Under the pieces are notes generated by a model. That model ran no database searches. It was not told the DNA's origin and saw only the letters and a list, made by a program, of their open reading frames with translations. The translations under genes were made by a program, and so were the position numbers. DNA of 63,832 bases, the filler included, from Reclinomonas americana ATCC 50394 (Eukaryota): assembly GCA_048213135.1 (NCBI GenBank). It is 9 parts of 3 records of this genome, joined end to end, with 100 filler letters (N's around TTAATTAATTAA, not from the genome) between each part and the next. Parts side by side here need not be neighbours in the genome. Positions count along the whole stretch, not along the records: positions 1 to 15,673 come from PS015036.1; positions 15,774 to 25,393 come from PS015036.1; positions 25,494 to 32,287 come from PS015036.1; 6 more parts are not named here. One strand, given 5' to 3'. Positions 13,601-26,916 of the stretch are shown here, piece after piece. The stretch's first letter is position 1; the number at the start of each line of letters is the position of its first letter.

Positions 13601-15673
13601 ATGCCCTGGCACGTAGCTTCACCACGTGTACGGATGAGATGCAGCACTCGCTGGAAGAGTACACGACCATGGTGTCGCAGGTTCCTATGACACATTGTGT
13701 GTGCGACTGTGGAGGCCGGAATGTGCTTCTCATATCGTCTTGCGACGCACAGAAGGACCGCCTATCCGCGGCCCTGGAGGTGTCGGAGAGTGCGCGGAAT
13801 CGACTGTCGGAGGAGTTGGAGCGGGTGCGAGTGGAGCGTGATCGTTTGCGTGGAGACCTGGAGGCTTCGGTGGCCACACTCGAAAAGCTGGTCGACGCCG
13901 ATGTGTCGCTGGAGGGCACTCCACTGGCCACTCGCGTGCGCAGCCGTGAGCAGTCGGATCTGCTGGGCCGCGGCACCATTCTCTTCCACCACCTGCGTCG
14001 CACGAGCACTGCAACAACAACAACCACAACAGCAGTAGCATCATCGTCGACGACGACGACGACGGCGGCCGAGAAGCGCTACATTAGCCCGATTCGTAGC
14101 AGTGGCAGCGTAGCGTCGGCCCGATCGCCGTCGCCGAGTCTGTCGCCTCACTCGGTGGACTTTTCTCGGTTGCCCGAACTGCGACGTAATGTGTCGCCAC
14201 TGCCGGCGCGTTCCAAATCGCCGAGCAGCGTTGATCGCGCCTCGGTGCGACCACTCAGCGACTTGGTGCGCATGCGCGAGCTTATCGACCAGCAACAAGC
14301 GCGATTGGACGACCGGCAGCGTGAGCACAATCGCAAGTACAATCAACTGTCCACCGTGCAGGACCCCGACGAGCGCCGACATTTGCGGCGCGAGTACGAT
14401 CAGCACCAGCGCGAATTGCAGTTGGTTCAAGAGGTGATTGCGGAGCAACGTGCGTCACTCGAGCGGCACTCCCACGGCACGCCGGTGGTGGATCCGTCGC
14501 CGATTTCACGCACCAGCATCAGCGCCTTTAGTGTCGGTGTGGAGGACGAGTTGGCTCTCGGACTGCGTGGGGTGCGCTCAAGCGAGCGCAGTACCTCCGA
14601 GTTCCGTCGGCGTCCGAGCTTCCACGCAGAGGCCGGCGCTGCTGCAGGTGGTGGTGGTGGTGGCGGCGGCGGCCTTGGTCTGCGCTCTGCCTCGCCTCCG
14701 CCCAGCGTGCTGTCGAATCGCTCCGAATCTTCCAGTCGCCGTCGCCGCGAATCCTCGCAATCGCCGCTGCACAGACCTCGAGCCCGCGAGGCACCGGTGC
14801 CCGCTGCCTTTGCGCCGTTGCGTGCTTTGTCGATGATTTGTTTTTTTTACGCGTGTGCGTTCGCTGACTTGTCGGTGGTGGTGTTGCAGGCCGCGGGGCG
14901 GTGCGACTGCCGCCGAGACGCCGTTGTCTTCTGGGCCTCCTCGTCGATTGCACGACGATCTGTCGTCGTCAATGGACACACTGGAGATGCTGCCGTCACG
15001 TGACGTGTCGACCGGCAATGGAAGTGCGCGCCGCACCACGGTAACCAAGGTGGTGACGGATCCGGCCAGCAGCGGCACCGGCACCGGTACCACGACCACC
15101 ACCACGACCACGACGGTGACGACGGAAACCGAGTTGCCGCCCGACATGCGTGCCGACAGCATCCATGTCGCGGCGCCGCAGGTGCACTTGGCCGGCGCCG
15201 GTGGAGCCGACGAGCGGTCGGTGATGTCTGTCAGCAGTGGCGGTGCCGGTGACATTAGTGAGATGAGCGGCCGACGCGCGCCCTCACCCGTGTCTAGCGT
15301 GGAAGGAGGCAGCGTGCAGATCGCCCGACCGGTATTCAGCGGCACTGGCACCACCATTCGCTCGCAGAACGTCACCAGCAGCAGCAGTAGCAGCAGCAGC
15401 AACACGATCCGACAAGTGGTGCGTGTCGAGACTGTGGAGACCTCCAGCGACGCCGCTGTTGTTCGAGGTGAGAGAGTCTCTCATTCTCCGTTGCCTTTGC
15501 TGGCCTCTAAAAAAAAAAAATGGTGTTGTTGTGAATTCGCAGGGAGCCACGATGCGCCCCCGCCACCGTCGCCACTGTTCTCGGCGCTCAGCGAGCTGCG
15601 TGAATCGCGGCGCACAATCGCCAACATGCGCAGCGAAATCAGTCGTCTACAAGACGATTCAACAAGAGGGGGT
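1328..15673 (+). CDS. Giant (~4000 aa) protein: three tandem WD40 beta-propeller modules, a >2000-aa coiled coil and a Ser/Thr-rich tail; 3'-partial
   Basis: ATG at 1328. About 28 phase-compatible GT-AG introns. WD motifs such as LEGHADAVVALCVDEQFLYSSSADGRLMIWD, FEGHLYPITALLCVDDLLFSASGDGYLMVWN and LVAHEDAIVDLRADERHLYSSSADCRLVVWR. Heptad E/Q/R/L/A-rich region ~6930-14460, including one 4212-nt exon (8681-12892). Confidence 0.88.
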
Positions 15674-15773
15674 NNNNNNNNNNNNNNNNNNNNNNNNNNN
15701 NNNNNNNNNNNNNNNNNTTAATTAATTAANNNNNNNNNNNNNNNNNNNNNNNNNNNNNNNNNNNNNNNNNNNN
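15674..15773. other. Artificial scaffold-joining linker N44-TTAATTAATTAA-N44
   Basis: Identical 100-nt spacer with stops in all six frames; repeated eight times in the window. Confidence 0.97.
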
Positions 15774-15780
15774 CACACAC

Positions 15781-15872
<92 letters not shown>
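15774..15872. repeat. (CA)n microsatellite in a DDX55 intron
   Basis: About 48 CA units, directly visible. Confidence 0.95.
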
Positions 15873-15877
<5 letters not shown>

Positions 15878-16757
15878 CAACGTCATGCACACCATCCTCC
15901 GCATCGGATCCACCAACAGCCAATCCCACAGTAAACTCTGGCACCGCCGCATGCTCCTGCAGCTTCGTGGCCACAGCATGCACCTGATGCGCCAGCTCTC
16001 TATCACAGCACACGCGAGTGAGACTGACGCCCTCTTGCTCCTTCACTGCGCCCAAACACACCTCGTCGGCAACACCACCAGCGCAAACAGCGATCGCGGA
16101 GTGAGATCATTCGACGCCTTCATGCGCAATAGAAGCTCCAGTGCCGGAATGAGAAATGCCAGAGTCTTGCCACTGCCAGTGCATGCCTGTCACAACATGT
16201 GAGCAACCGGCGCAGAACATGCACAAAGCTCTGCGTGTGTGCCCTTCTCCCGCTCACCCTCCCTCCATCTCCCCTTCTCTCTCCCTCCTTCCCTCGCGCG
16301 CGCGCTCTCTCTCTCTCTCTCTATCCTCCCTCTCCCTCTCTTCTCTCCTCTCTCTCTCNNNNNNNNNNNNNNNNNNNNTCCCGCCTCCACCCTCCCTCCA
16401 CTCTCCCCTTCCTCCTCTCCCTCCTTCCCTCGCGCGCGCGCTCTCTCTCTCTCTCTCTATCTCCCCTCTCCCTCTCTCTCCTTCTCCCTCTCTCCTTGTG
16501 CGAGTGAGACAAGTCACCTCGGCGACTGCATCCTTGTTGGTGAGCAGCAGCGGAATGGTGGCCGCTTGCACGGGAGTGGCGGCGGTGAAGCCAAAGCCAT
16601 CGCACAGCGCGTGCAGTGACTGATCGCTGAGAGAGCATGACAGATCGGACCATGCGGTGAAGGCCTGTGAGTGTTTGTGTGTGCGTGTGGATCAGAGAGC
16701 CATGTGCAGATGCACATGCACAGAGCGTTCTCGGACACTGACCTTGCCGAGTGACAT
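15878..16757 (-). CDS. DDX55: DEAD-box RNA helicase DDX55/Spb4, N-terminal part (3'-partial)
   Basis: MSLGK|AFTAWSDLSCSLSDQSLHALCDGFGFTAATPVQAATIPLLLTNKDAVAE|ACTGSGKTLAFLIP...LVVLPTR|ELAHQV. Contains the Q motif, Walker A and motif Ia. The NKDxxAEAxTGSGKT stretch is typical of Spb4/DDX55. Confidence 0.85.
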
Positions 16758-17245
16758 GCTTGCTTGCTGCTAATGTGGATGTGTCCTTCCTGGCGAGCAG
16801 AGAGTAGTGGCAGCGGTCACCGCAGGAAGGAGGAAGAGAAGACTGGTTGAAGAGTGGGACAAGGACGCGAAGTCTTTTGCCCTAAAACATCGACGACTCA
16901 CTTGATGCTCATTGTTGTAGTGAAAGTTTCTATTTTCTGTGATCTTGTAAGCAACGCCCTTCTTCGTTTCACTGCATTACGCACACCGGTTGGACACAGA
17001 CCAAGAGAGAGAATCCGATGGCACACATAGACACACACACACTGCAACTGCACAACCGATGACAAACAGACACGCCACACTTACGCAACATTCAAAGGCA
17101 GGAAAACAAAAGAGAAACACGCAGCACACACACACTACAAAAATCGACAAAACGATGGATGATTTTCTTCTTTCGACACAGACAAGAGAACGACAACAAC
17201 AGAAAAGAAACAAAAGAGGGCACAAGAGCACTCTCTTGTGTCTTT

Positions 17246-20200
17246 TTACGTGTTGCGGCCAAAGGCGGCCCACGAGTAATAGACCTCGGTGAGCACCGCC
17301 GGGCCACTCTCGGCCAAGCACACCTGCAGACCAGTGGCCAGCACGTTGGCGGTGGTCAGGTTGAATGAGACGCCAATGGTGGCAGCCGCCTGCTGAATCG
17401 CCCAGCCGCGAGCAAACACCACGGCCGTTGGGGCAGCGGCGAACACGTCGTTGAGGTCGAACGTGATGGTGACGCAGGCGCCCGGAGCCACAGTGCCCTC
17501 ACCGGCCAGCAGACCGTAGCCCGAGGCAGTGCGCTTCGGGAACGACATGTACTGGTAGGCCAGGCGAGCGACGCGCGTTTGCTTACGCACGTCGACCTGG
17601 TGGCGGAAGTTGCGGACACCGGCAGGGAACTGAATGCTGCCCTCGAACTCGGCCGGCTTGGTGCGGTCAATGTACAAGTGGCGCATGCCAGTCACAATCG
17701 ACGGCGGGCTGGTGTACGGGCCAATGCTGATCGACTGGTCCTGCAGGCGGTGCGTCGGCAGGGTGGTCGAGGCGTTGCTCAGCTGGTTCCACCAGTCACG
17801 GCGGCCCTGCGACGAGTAGCGGATGGTGCCGTCCGAGGTCAAGCCAAGGTCGCGAGCAGTGTACTGCGCCAGCACGTTGATGTTGAGCGACGTGATCGCC
17901 GTGTCCTCGTAGGTGATGCAGCGGGTGGTGAGCGACTCCTCGTCGAACGAGATGGCCGAGCAGTAGACGCGAGCATCCGAGTTGTCAAAGCCAAAGCCAG
18001 ACACACCAATCATCAGGTACGGCTTGCCGGCTGTTCACGAGCAGGTAAGAGCAAAGAAGAGATAATAAATAAGCGTATTGCAAACGACGGCCACGCACCA
18101 AAGCGATCAGCAAAGTTGATGGTCTGCAGCCAGATGCGGGTGCCGGACGGGATGCCAGCACTGGAGCCAGTCGCAAAGTTGGACTGTGTGAACGACAGGT
18201 TGGCAGCCGAGGAGACCGGCAGCGTCTGGAGCTCTGTAATGTGGGTTACACGTGAGTAAAATCACTTCAAGAAGCGGAAACCCACACGAAACGAAGAGAC
18301 GCAACGAGAGCCAATGCTGATAATGCCCTTGCTGTTCTCGTCGAGCTGCCACAGAGCCACCGGGGTCGCGCCAGCGTCGGCGGTCGCCTTGTAGCAGATC
18401 TGGAGAGCGCGAATGGTGGTGGTGGTGGAGCTGACCGACACGCGGGCCGAGAACGAGTCGTAGTAGCCCGACGAGCCGTCAAACTGCTGGTAGCCGAGGC
18501 CGGCACCAATGGCCGACACGGTGACACCAGCCGGAGTGGCGCCAGTGCAAGGCTGGCCCAGCTTCTGCAGCTTCTCGAACGTGTACGAGGCGCAGTCCGA
18601 CAGCTGGCCGTGGATCGAGGCCACAAAGGCAGTGTCGACGGCAGCGTGCACCGGGAAAGTCCAGTTCGGGATGTTCACTTGAGCTGTTTATGTGAGGGAA
18701 AGTTAGTAAACATGGATGCACACAAAGGTTGCTGACTTTAACAAACAACAAAACAAACCAGTGATAAACACATCGGCGAGCTTGACGTACGAGTGGTTGA
18801 CGTTCCAGCGAATGCACAGCGGGTACGAGGCAGTGCGAGCAGCGGCAAACTGAGCCAGGTTGCAGCCAGAGCGAGTGTCAATGGCCAGAGCAATGCTAAT
18901 GTCGGTCGGCGGCGCCAGCGGCGACACGTCGACACCGCTCGGGTCCACATCGGTGTTGGTCAACAGAGTCGGCACACCACGCTCACGCTCCGCCAGAGCG
19001 GCGGCGGTGATGCAGTTGGCGTCGGTGGTGATGACAAACTGCGGAGTCGAGGTGGTGGGGAAGTAGTTGCCGCGGACGGTGATCGGGACGTTGAGCACGC
19101 CCTGCGACACGGTGATCGAGGCCGGGCGCACCGGGGCCACTGCACAAGACGGGAAAAACGGGCGCGAGGTGAGCAACGTGAGAGAGACAACAAATGCAGA
19201 CGAGGGAATTGAAGCGAACCGAGAGCCAGGTTGCCGTTGATGACCTTCTGGATGGCGGAGCCAGTGTTGACGCAGAGGCTGAGGCGGTTGAGGTCGGTGT
19301 TGATGCCCGACGCGTTGAAGGTGAACAGCACGTTGGTGCTGCTGGTGAAGCCAAGGGTGGCGGTGATGCCGCTGACAATGCTCGAGGCCGAGCACGAGTC
19401 GTCCTTGTTGACGGTGAGGGTCATGCCGGCGGCGAAGCCAGACTCGTTCACCACGCCAATCGTGTGGTCGCCATAGTTGGCCATGATGTAGAGCACAGCC
19501 GGAGACTGGTAGCACGGGCCCTTGATCTCCACAGTCGCACCAGTGTAGGTGAAGAAGGTGGGGTAGGTGGTGGTCGACGCGCAAATGTACGCCGGGGTGC
19601 CGTTGGAGACGGTGGTACCACCGGTGCCGACGTTAATCGTGTTGGGTGAGCCGCCATTGGCCAGGGTCGGGATGGCGCCGCCGTTGGTCATGGAAGTGGC
19701 CGGGGTAGCCGGGACGAGGCAGTCAATGCCGGTGAACAAGTTGTACGTGGAACCGGGGAAATCGGAACCAGTGACGTCCACAGTGGTCGTGAGGCTGCCG
19801 CTGCACTGGCCCGACAGCGCAGTGATCGGGCTGCGCAACAACAGAGGTGGAAATGCCAACAAAATGAGAAAAAGGATGCACCCAAAAAATGCGTGATGGG
19901 GAGGCGAGCGAGGGAGACTCACCGAGGAGTGCGGATGCAGGCAGAGCCAGTTTGCACCACCAGACCGTTGAAGCTCCAGTTCTGCGCACCGTTGTTGCCG
20001 CGCTCGCACACGAACCACGAGCCCGGATTGCGCAGCAGTGAGGTGTTGGAGTTCAGGTTGAAACCGGCACCAAATGACATCGTCAGAACAACGTTGGGCT
20101 CCTCAATGTCGCAATCCTGGTTGTTGAAGGCGGCGAGTTGCGGAATGCTAGCCGGAGACAACGACGGGCCACCACCGCCCAACAGGATGATCTGGGGCTG

Positions 20201-21315
20201 GTTGACGCAGCCGGCAGTCTGGATGAAGATCGGTGCCGTGGGGACGATGCCGTTGGTCAAGCAGCTGGTGTCGTGAACGACCGTGGCGCCAGACCAGGCG
20301 AGCTGCGAGACGCCCACAGCAGCGCTCGCCGATGTGCAAATGTAGAACACGGTGGTTCCGGCCGAGGCAGTCTGATCGTAAACCAGCTGGCCAGTGCCGG
20401 CAGTGACACCATTGGTCAGCGTCAGCGACGTCGGGCCGTTGCCGTCGGCAGTGCAAGCAGCAGAGGTGCGCACGCGCACAACAGCCGGGGCCAGGTTGGA
20501 GCCCTGGACGGTGATCGTCTGCGGGGCCGGCGCGATGAACCCACAACCAGTCTGTGCATTCAACTTGATCTGACCCGGGCTCTTGATGCACGCCGCATTG
20601 GCGTCCACGCGCGAGGCGACCGAGATCCAGTTGATGTTGTCCGAGCTCACGCAGAGGAACAGGCCGCTGCAGCACACGTCATCAGACAACTCGCAGGCAG
20701 GCGCGTTCTTTCAATACACACGAACCTGAGTGCCTCCTTCTGGTTCGAGGTCTGGAACACGAGGCTGGCCGCAGTGGCCGACGCAGCACCAGTGTGCGAG
20801 ACCTTAATGCCAGCGACCTCCGAGTTGCACACGGCACCGGCGGCGGTGCCAGTGGCCGCGTAAAACACCTTCCACAGCTGAGTAGAGGTCGGCAGGTTCG
20901 TGGCACCCACCACCGACACTGCCTGGTTGGCCAAGTAGGCGTTGCAGTTGGAGCCATCAGGCACCAAGTTGATGGTGCCAAAGGCCGGAGGGAACGCTGT
21001 GAGTGCACAACGGTCAATTTCGCGCCAAAAAATCACAACGGTCACATGCACGCGCTCTCACACAAAAAAACAAGTGCCTCGCTCACTCACTCAACTCACT
21101 CACACAAACCACACACACACGCGAAACAACAGCAGTAACAAAGAGAGAAACAAGGACGCAAGAGAGCTCCACATTGCCACAGAGGGAATGTGCGGTGGAC
21201 GCGCGCGAAAACACACACACAGATAAAAAAAAACGCAACTTGGCTGGGCCAGTGCTGATGTTGCGACGACGCACAACACGCACAGGCTCACCAACAACCA
21301 TGTGGTGGACCGCAT
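17246..21315 (-). CDS. Large secreted protein (~1100 aa): signal peptide, ~105-aa Cys-patterned beta-rich repeats and three C-terminal H-type-lectin-like domains (paralog A)
   Basis: MRSTTWLLVSLCVLCVVATSALAQ signal peptide. Seven GT-AG introns. Repeats end in Y/F-x-C...(W/F/Y)-(T/S/N)-G. C-terminal motifs FADRFAGKPYLMIGVSGF, GPYTSPPSIVTGMRHL and FAAAPTAVVFARGW...EVYYSWAAFG. No transmembrane segment seen. Confidence 0.8.
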
Positions 21316-21756
21316 GTCTTTGGTTTTTCAAAGAGAGAGACAGAGAGACAGAGAGAATGTGGGAGGAGGGACCTTTGCGCGCTCACACACAGAAAAACAC
21401 AACAAAATGAAAATGCGGTGCAACGGAAAGAAAATGCAACGGTCGAGCACGCGTTGTTCTGTCTGTGTGGTGTGATGCAGACTGTAGGTGAGTGAGTGTG
21501 AGTTTGCAATGTGTCTCTGCGCCGCGAGTGCGTTGAAATTATTGATAATACTTGGGTGCGGTTGTGAAATGCAGCGGTTTTGCAAAATGCAACTTGCAGG
21601 TTTCCTCGCTACTTGCAACTGCAGCTTGCCGTCGAGTGGCAACTGCACGTGCTGTCGTGTGCATAAAAAGAGTACAGAACAAGAAAAAAAGCCAGTTCTG
21701 TCTTTGCATGACAATACATTTTCCTGTTTCTCCGACAATTGTTTTCGTGCTCAGAT

Positions 21757-23964
21757 TCAGTCGCTCGCCACTAATGCAGCAGCCTCGCCACCATTCGCCT
21801 CCGCCGCTGAGCTCCCAGCAGCTGGCAGCTCCTGCTCTGCGGCACTGGCGGCCTCGGCCAACTGCTCCATGGCTGCCGCGGCTGTATCGTCATTGCCGCC
21901 GGTTCGCTCGTCTGTATCCATTGGTTGTGCCTCACCCTCACCCTCACCCTCACCGCCGGCCGCCACAGGTGCTGCTGGAGGTGCTGGTGGATGTAGCGCC
22001 GCCTGCCGATGATTCTGCAGCTGCTGCAACTGCTGCAGCTGGTGCGGCGCAATGTTGTGGGCGTGCGGGTGATCGCGGTGCGTCAGCGGGTCGTTGGCGC
22101 AATCCGGTGCCGGCTGCGTCGTGTCGCTGAGCCACTTCATGAAATCGGGGCAAAACGGAACGCCCCAGTACTCAGAAGGTGACTTGTGCTGCGCTGCGTC
22201 GACCATGTTTCCGCCATTGGCGGCGACGGCGGCGGCGGCAGCAGCAGCAGCGGCGGTAGCAGCGGCAACATTGGTACCATTGACACCGACAATCGTCGGT
22301 GCATTGTTGGCCACTGGCGATGCACCGTAGACTGCGAGGTGTGGCGCGGCACTCGACGACACCGTAATGTAGGTGCTGGGCGGCACCGTCGAGGATCCCG
22401 CCGAAGACGATGAACCGGCGGCGGCGGCCGCAGCGGCTGCCGCGTGCAACGCTGCCACTCCCGTTTCGTTCTCCGATAATGGGCCTCCGCGGACTCCCAA
22501 CGCCGCCGCCGCCGCCGTTGCTGATGGCTGCGATGCTGACGGAAGGGTGTCCGCCTTGGCCGCTCCCCGACCCTTACGGCCAGCCGCCGCACCGCCGGCG
22601 GCTTTCTTGCGCCCCGCTCCCGCCACTTGCGTCGGCACACCATAGTCACCAATGTTGCCTCCGATGACGGCCGCCTGCGCCGCCAGCTGTGACGGGACAT
22701 AGTACGGAGTGCCATTGGCGTGGTACGACACACCAAACGCGCCTGCGGAGTGGGGTGTGAGAGAAAAAAACAATATGTCATTCCATAAACAACTGCACGC
22801 AACTGGAGGGGAACACCACCGATGGACTGGACGATGTGGCCGCAGCAGCGGCAGCAGCAGCGGCGGCGGCGGCTGCTGCAGCCACCGCAGCACTGTTCTG
22901 TGCGTTGCCGTACAGCTCGGTCGCTGGTCGATGAATGTGCGCCGGCGTCGGCATCACCGAGATCTCGGCCACCGGCACCACCAAATCCTCGTCGGCAAAC
23001 CATTCGAACTTCATAAACAACCGCTCGTCCTGCTCCTGCAACTCCTCAAAGAACTGTAGCGGGGCGGGTTGAGTAATGCAGGCGCCGTCAGTTGGCGATG
23101 TGAACAAACTCACGCATACCTCGTCGACAAAAGCACGGACATTGCGCGGCTTCTGATCGTCTTCTTCCTCGTCACTCTCCTGGTCCTCGGCGTGCTCGTT
23201 GAGACCCGACAAGCGATGCACCACCGCCACTCTCTGCACCAGATCCTTGACGAAAAAGGTGAACTTGAACGAGTTGCTCTTCACCACCGACGAGTAGTAG
23301 TCGGAGGTGTCGACAAACGGGCGAGCCGCCAGGCCCAGCACCTCAAAGCGAGCCGAGTCGTACGCCGTCAATGGTGCCACCGACGATGCGAGATCGGAGT
23401 CGGCGATTCCGGCGGCTGCGTTCTTGCGGCCACGCTTTGGCGGCTGTTGACACAAACACACACGCACAGGAGGGTCAGTGACACGGGCCGTCATTTTCTT
23501 GTGGTGTGTTGCCGAGGACGAGCAACGCAACTGCGGCAGGCGACGGCAACAATTGGAAATTCTGCTCGGTGATGGGGTCGCCGAGGCTGCGATGTTGCGA
23601 GGCCACCACCTGGATCTCCGTCACCGGCTCCGGCAGGCACCGTGCGCGAACCCTCTTGTTGAACTCGTAGCAAAAGTCGACGAGCTCTTGGAATTCGACG
23701 GGCGACAGGCGCTTGCCGTCCTTTAGCACCGCGATTCGCACAAACGGAAATCGCTCCAAATCACACGCCTCCAGTCTGCGAGAGAGGCGGTGAGTGTGGC
23801 GGGCAAGCAAAGGTGAGACAACCGTCGACGCAACTCGTGGTACGTCTCGGCCAGACTCTGGCACGACGAACGCAGCGTGACAAAGCCTTCAGGGAACGGC
23901 TCAAACGCCACACCCAGCGCGCCACCGCGCAGCGGAATGAATCCCACGACGCGCAGCACACAAC
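21757..23964 (-). CDS. Hypothetical protein with a globular N-terminal part and an Ala/Gln-rich low-complexity C-terminus; first exon not identified
   Basis: Five exons join in frame via GT-AG introns (donors at 23834, 23531, ~23119 and 22803); stop at 21757-21759; NLS-like PPKRGRK. Confidence 0.7.
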
Positions 23965-24264
23965 CTGCGTTGCGTCACCACCAAGTCAGTATCGCTGAAA
24001 CTGAAGAATAAAAANNNNNNNNNNNNNNNNNNNNNNNNNNNNNNNNNNNNNNNNNNNNNNNNNNNNNNNNNNNNNNNNNNNNNNNNNNNNNNNNNNNNNN
24101 NNNNNNNNNNNNNNNNNNNNNNNNNNNNNNNNNNNNTGTGCGGCTTTTCTGTTCCACTGCCCACACACACGATCTCACGTGTGCGTGTTCGTGTGTGTGC
24201 CTCGGCGTGTGGCTGTGCGCTTGTGCGTCTGTGTGTCTGTGTGTGTGTGCGCAGGGGGGCAAAC

Positions 24265-25360
24265 ATGTCGAGAAAGCGTGCGCGGGAGGGCGGTGATCTC
24301 GGCGCCGCACTGGCCACCAGCACCACCGCCTCCTCTGTGCCCACTGTGCAACCTGCGCCCAGTGCGTTTGCCGACATGCTGGCTCTGTTGGAACGCGCGG
24401 CGCACACTGTCGATCCGACTGTCGCGGCCGAAGTGCAACAGCAACAACAACAACAACAGCAACAGCAGCAGCGTGGTGCTCGCGCTACTGCTGCTGCTGC
24501 TAGTGGTGGCGGCAACAAGCGAGCAGCTGCGGCCAAGAAACCGACTGCAACGGCGGCTGCCGACGAGGCCATGCTGCGACTGGTCGACGAGGAGCAAGAG
24601 TACTCGCTCATGCAGCGCATGATTGAGGACGAGGACAAGCGTGCAGCAGCATTGGCGGCGGCGGCGGCGGCAGCGGCAGCGGTGGCAACGTCGGCGGAAG
24701 TTGGCGTGGAGGACGAGAGACCGCGTCGGCGTCGGAAACCCAGCAGTCGACTGCAGCAGGCGCTGGAGGACGCGGATAACGACGATGGTGAAGGCGATGT
24801 AGGCGGTGAGGATACGAGGAGAAGGCGGCGTCGACGAGTGGCGATGGATGAGGATGATGAGGGGGAGGAGGAGGAGGGCGATGATCACGGTAATAACGAC
24901 GATGATGATGGCGCGGTGGACGAGGAGGATGCGAGTGGCGACGACGACGATGACGATGATGACGATGACGATGATGACGAGGGCTATGGAGAGGAGGCAG
25001 GCGAGGGGCAGCGGCGAAAGGCGGGAGGCAAGAAAGGTGCGGCGGCGGCGGCGGCGGCTGCGCGCGGGAAAGCGAATGCTGCGCGTGCGGCGGCGACGGG
25101 AGGTGCTGGCAAGCGATCGTCGCAGCAGTCGCAAAAGGGACGTGGTGCGAAGCAAAAGGCGGAGAGCGATAGCGAGGAGGACACCAAGCCGCCGCCACTC
25201 AAGCGCCGTCGAACTGGTGAGTGCGGCGGGGAGTCGAGTTCCTCGTTTTCGCTACCTGTTCTCAGGCGTTGTGTTGTTGCAGATCTCGACACGCAGCATC
25301 ACATTCAGGCCTTCAAGACCGTGTGTGGTGGACTGGCGCCGGTGCTGGGCATGTTGCCGG
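24265..25360 (+). CDS. Acidic, low-complexity, probably nuclear protein; 3'-partial
   Basis: MSRKRARE... long ORF with poly-Q, poly-A and poly-D tracts and NLS-like PPLKRRRT, followed by a GT-AG intron and a further exon (DLDTQHHIQAFKTVCGGLAPVLGMLP). Confidence 0.7.
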
Positions 25361-25393
25361 GTGAGTTACCAGCTGGCGCTGTTTTTTCAATCA

Positions 25394-25493
25394 NNNNNNN
25401 NNNNNNNNNNNNNNNNNNNNNNNNNNNNNNNNNNNNNTTAATTAATTAANNNNNNNNNNNNNNNNNNNNNNNNNNNNNNNNNNNNNNNNNNNN
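25394..25493. other. Artificial scaffold-joining linker
   Basis: N44-TTAATTAATTAA-N44. Confidence 0.97.
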
Positions 25494-25755
25494 TGCATGT
25501 TCACCTCTTGAGCGTGTTTTGCGATACGATTTCGCGCGCTTACCGCGAGCACGGCACATAATGTCCTCGACTGTCCTTCGGCATCGCAGACATTATCGAC
25601 GCCGACAACACGCATGCATGCATGCAACAGAGTACCGCTCGCTTGCGTGACGATGAGATTGCATCATCGAACAGCGCAGAGCGGCAATCGCCATCCATGT
25701 TCAGAGAGTGGATCGCCAATGAACGGATATCGCAACGACTTTTTGAGATCATCGC

Positions 25756-26181
25756 ATGTCATCGCGCTCAAGTGGCTCGTTCTCCACAGCGGAGAGCGCG
25801 CGACAAGCGGAAAAGTATCACTTGGCCGCGAAAGTGTACCACGCCATCACCAGTGGCGTGCGAAGACCAATCACCAGTCTCGAGATTCATCACTTTTGCA
25901 AAGGTCGCACCCCCCTCCCTCTCTCTCTATGTGTGTGTGCCTGCTCTCTGCCTCACACGCACGCACGCACGCACAGCCAATGCGTTTGTGGAGTTCCTGT
26001 CCGAGGTCGATGTGCGCGTGGTGTGCACCAACTTGTCTCCGCGCGGACCCGATCAGGTCGAGCTGCAGTGCCTGGCCGACATTCTCAGCGAGCTGACTGC
26101 GCGCGATCGTCTGTGTGAGTCGCTCAAGTGGGACTTTATCCTGCTCGACGAGATCGGCACCGGCCGCATCCCCATGCGCAG
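25756..26181 (+). CDS. EF-hand-like domain protein, N-terminal fragment
   Basis: MSSRSSG...HHFCK|ANAFVEFLSE...LCESLKWDFILLDEIGTGRIPMR. The FxxLDxxGTGxI pattern resembles an EF-hand loop. Runs into an N gap. Confidence 0.55.
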
Positions 26182-26429
26182 NNNNNNNNNNNNNNNNNNN
26201 NNNNNNNNNNNNNNNNNNNNNNNNNNNNNNNNNNNNNNNNNNNNNNNNNNNNNNNNNNNNNNNNNNNNNNNNNNNNNNNNNNNNNNNNNNNNNNNNNNNN
26301 NNNNNNNNNNNNNNNNNNNNNNNNNNNNNNNNNNNNNNNNNNNNNNNNNNNNNNNNNNNNNNNNNNNNNNNNNNNNNNNNNNNNNNNNNNNNNNNNNNNN
26401 NNNNNNNNNNNNNNNNNNNNNNNCCCCCT

Positions 26430-26916
26430 TCAAAACGTCTCATGTAACGAGGGATCATCGAACGAGCGATGCGCCGACCCGGACCCACCCGCCGCCGCCG
26501 TCGCAGCGGCCTTTTGCTGCTGCTGATACAATTGCCACTGCCGCTCCCGCTGCATCTCCTCCTGCATCTCCATCTCCTGTATGGCCTCCAGCTCCTCGGC
26601 CGCCCGCTGATACTTGGCCAGTCCCTCGGGCCCATCAAACACCGCCTGCCGCACCTCCTGCCACGAGGCGCCATCGGGACCGACGTACTTTTCAAACTCT
26701 CGCAGCTCCGCCATTAGCTCCTCCTTGTGCGTGTCGTCGGGGGCCGGCGGCGGCGCCACCGTGTGCACACTCGGCGGCTCGCCGTCCTCCGTGCCCGACC
26801 CCGACCCACTCGCTCCCCCGTGTCCTGCCGCCGCCGCCGCCGCACTGGCCGCCGCCGCCGCCGCCTGTTCCATATTCAGCGACTTGAAGCGGTGCACCAT
26901 AAAGAGCAGCTTGACG
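26430..26916 (-). CDS. C-terminal exon of an unknown protein
   Basis: Open frame VKLLFMVHRFKSLNMEQ...HKEELMAELREFEKYVGPDGASWQEVRQAVF...LHETF-stop, with coding-like codon bias; upstream part lies in an N gap. Confidence 0.6.

Noticed and set aside
8660-13612. Long antisense and alternate-frame ORFs over the coiled-coil gene (likewise 33977-35821 over paralog B)
   Set aside because: Shadow ORFs expected from GC-rich, codon-biased sequence; no domain signal.
15718-15729. TTAATTAATTAA motif recurring eight times
   Set aside because: Always centred in a fixed 100-nt N spacer, so it is a synthetic six-frame-stop linker. Gene neighbourhoods across it, including the two lectin-like paralogs, are not real synteny.
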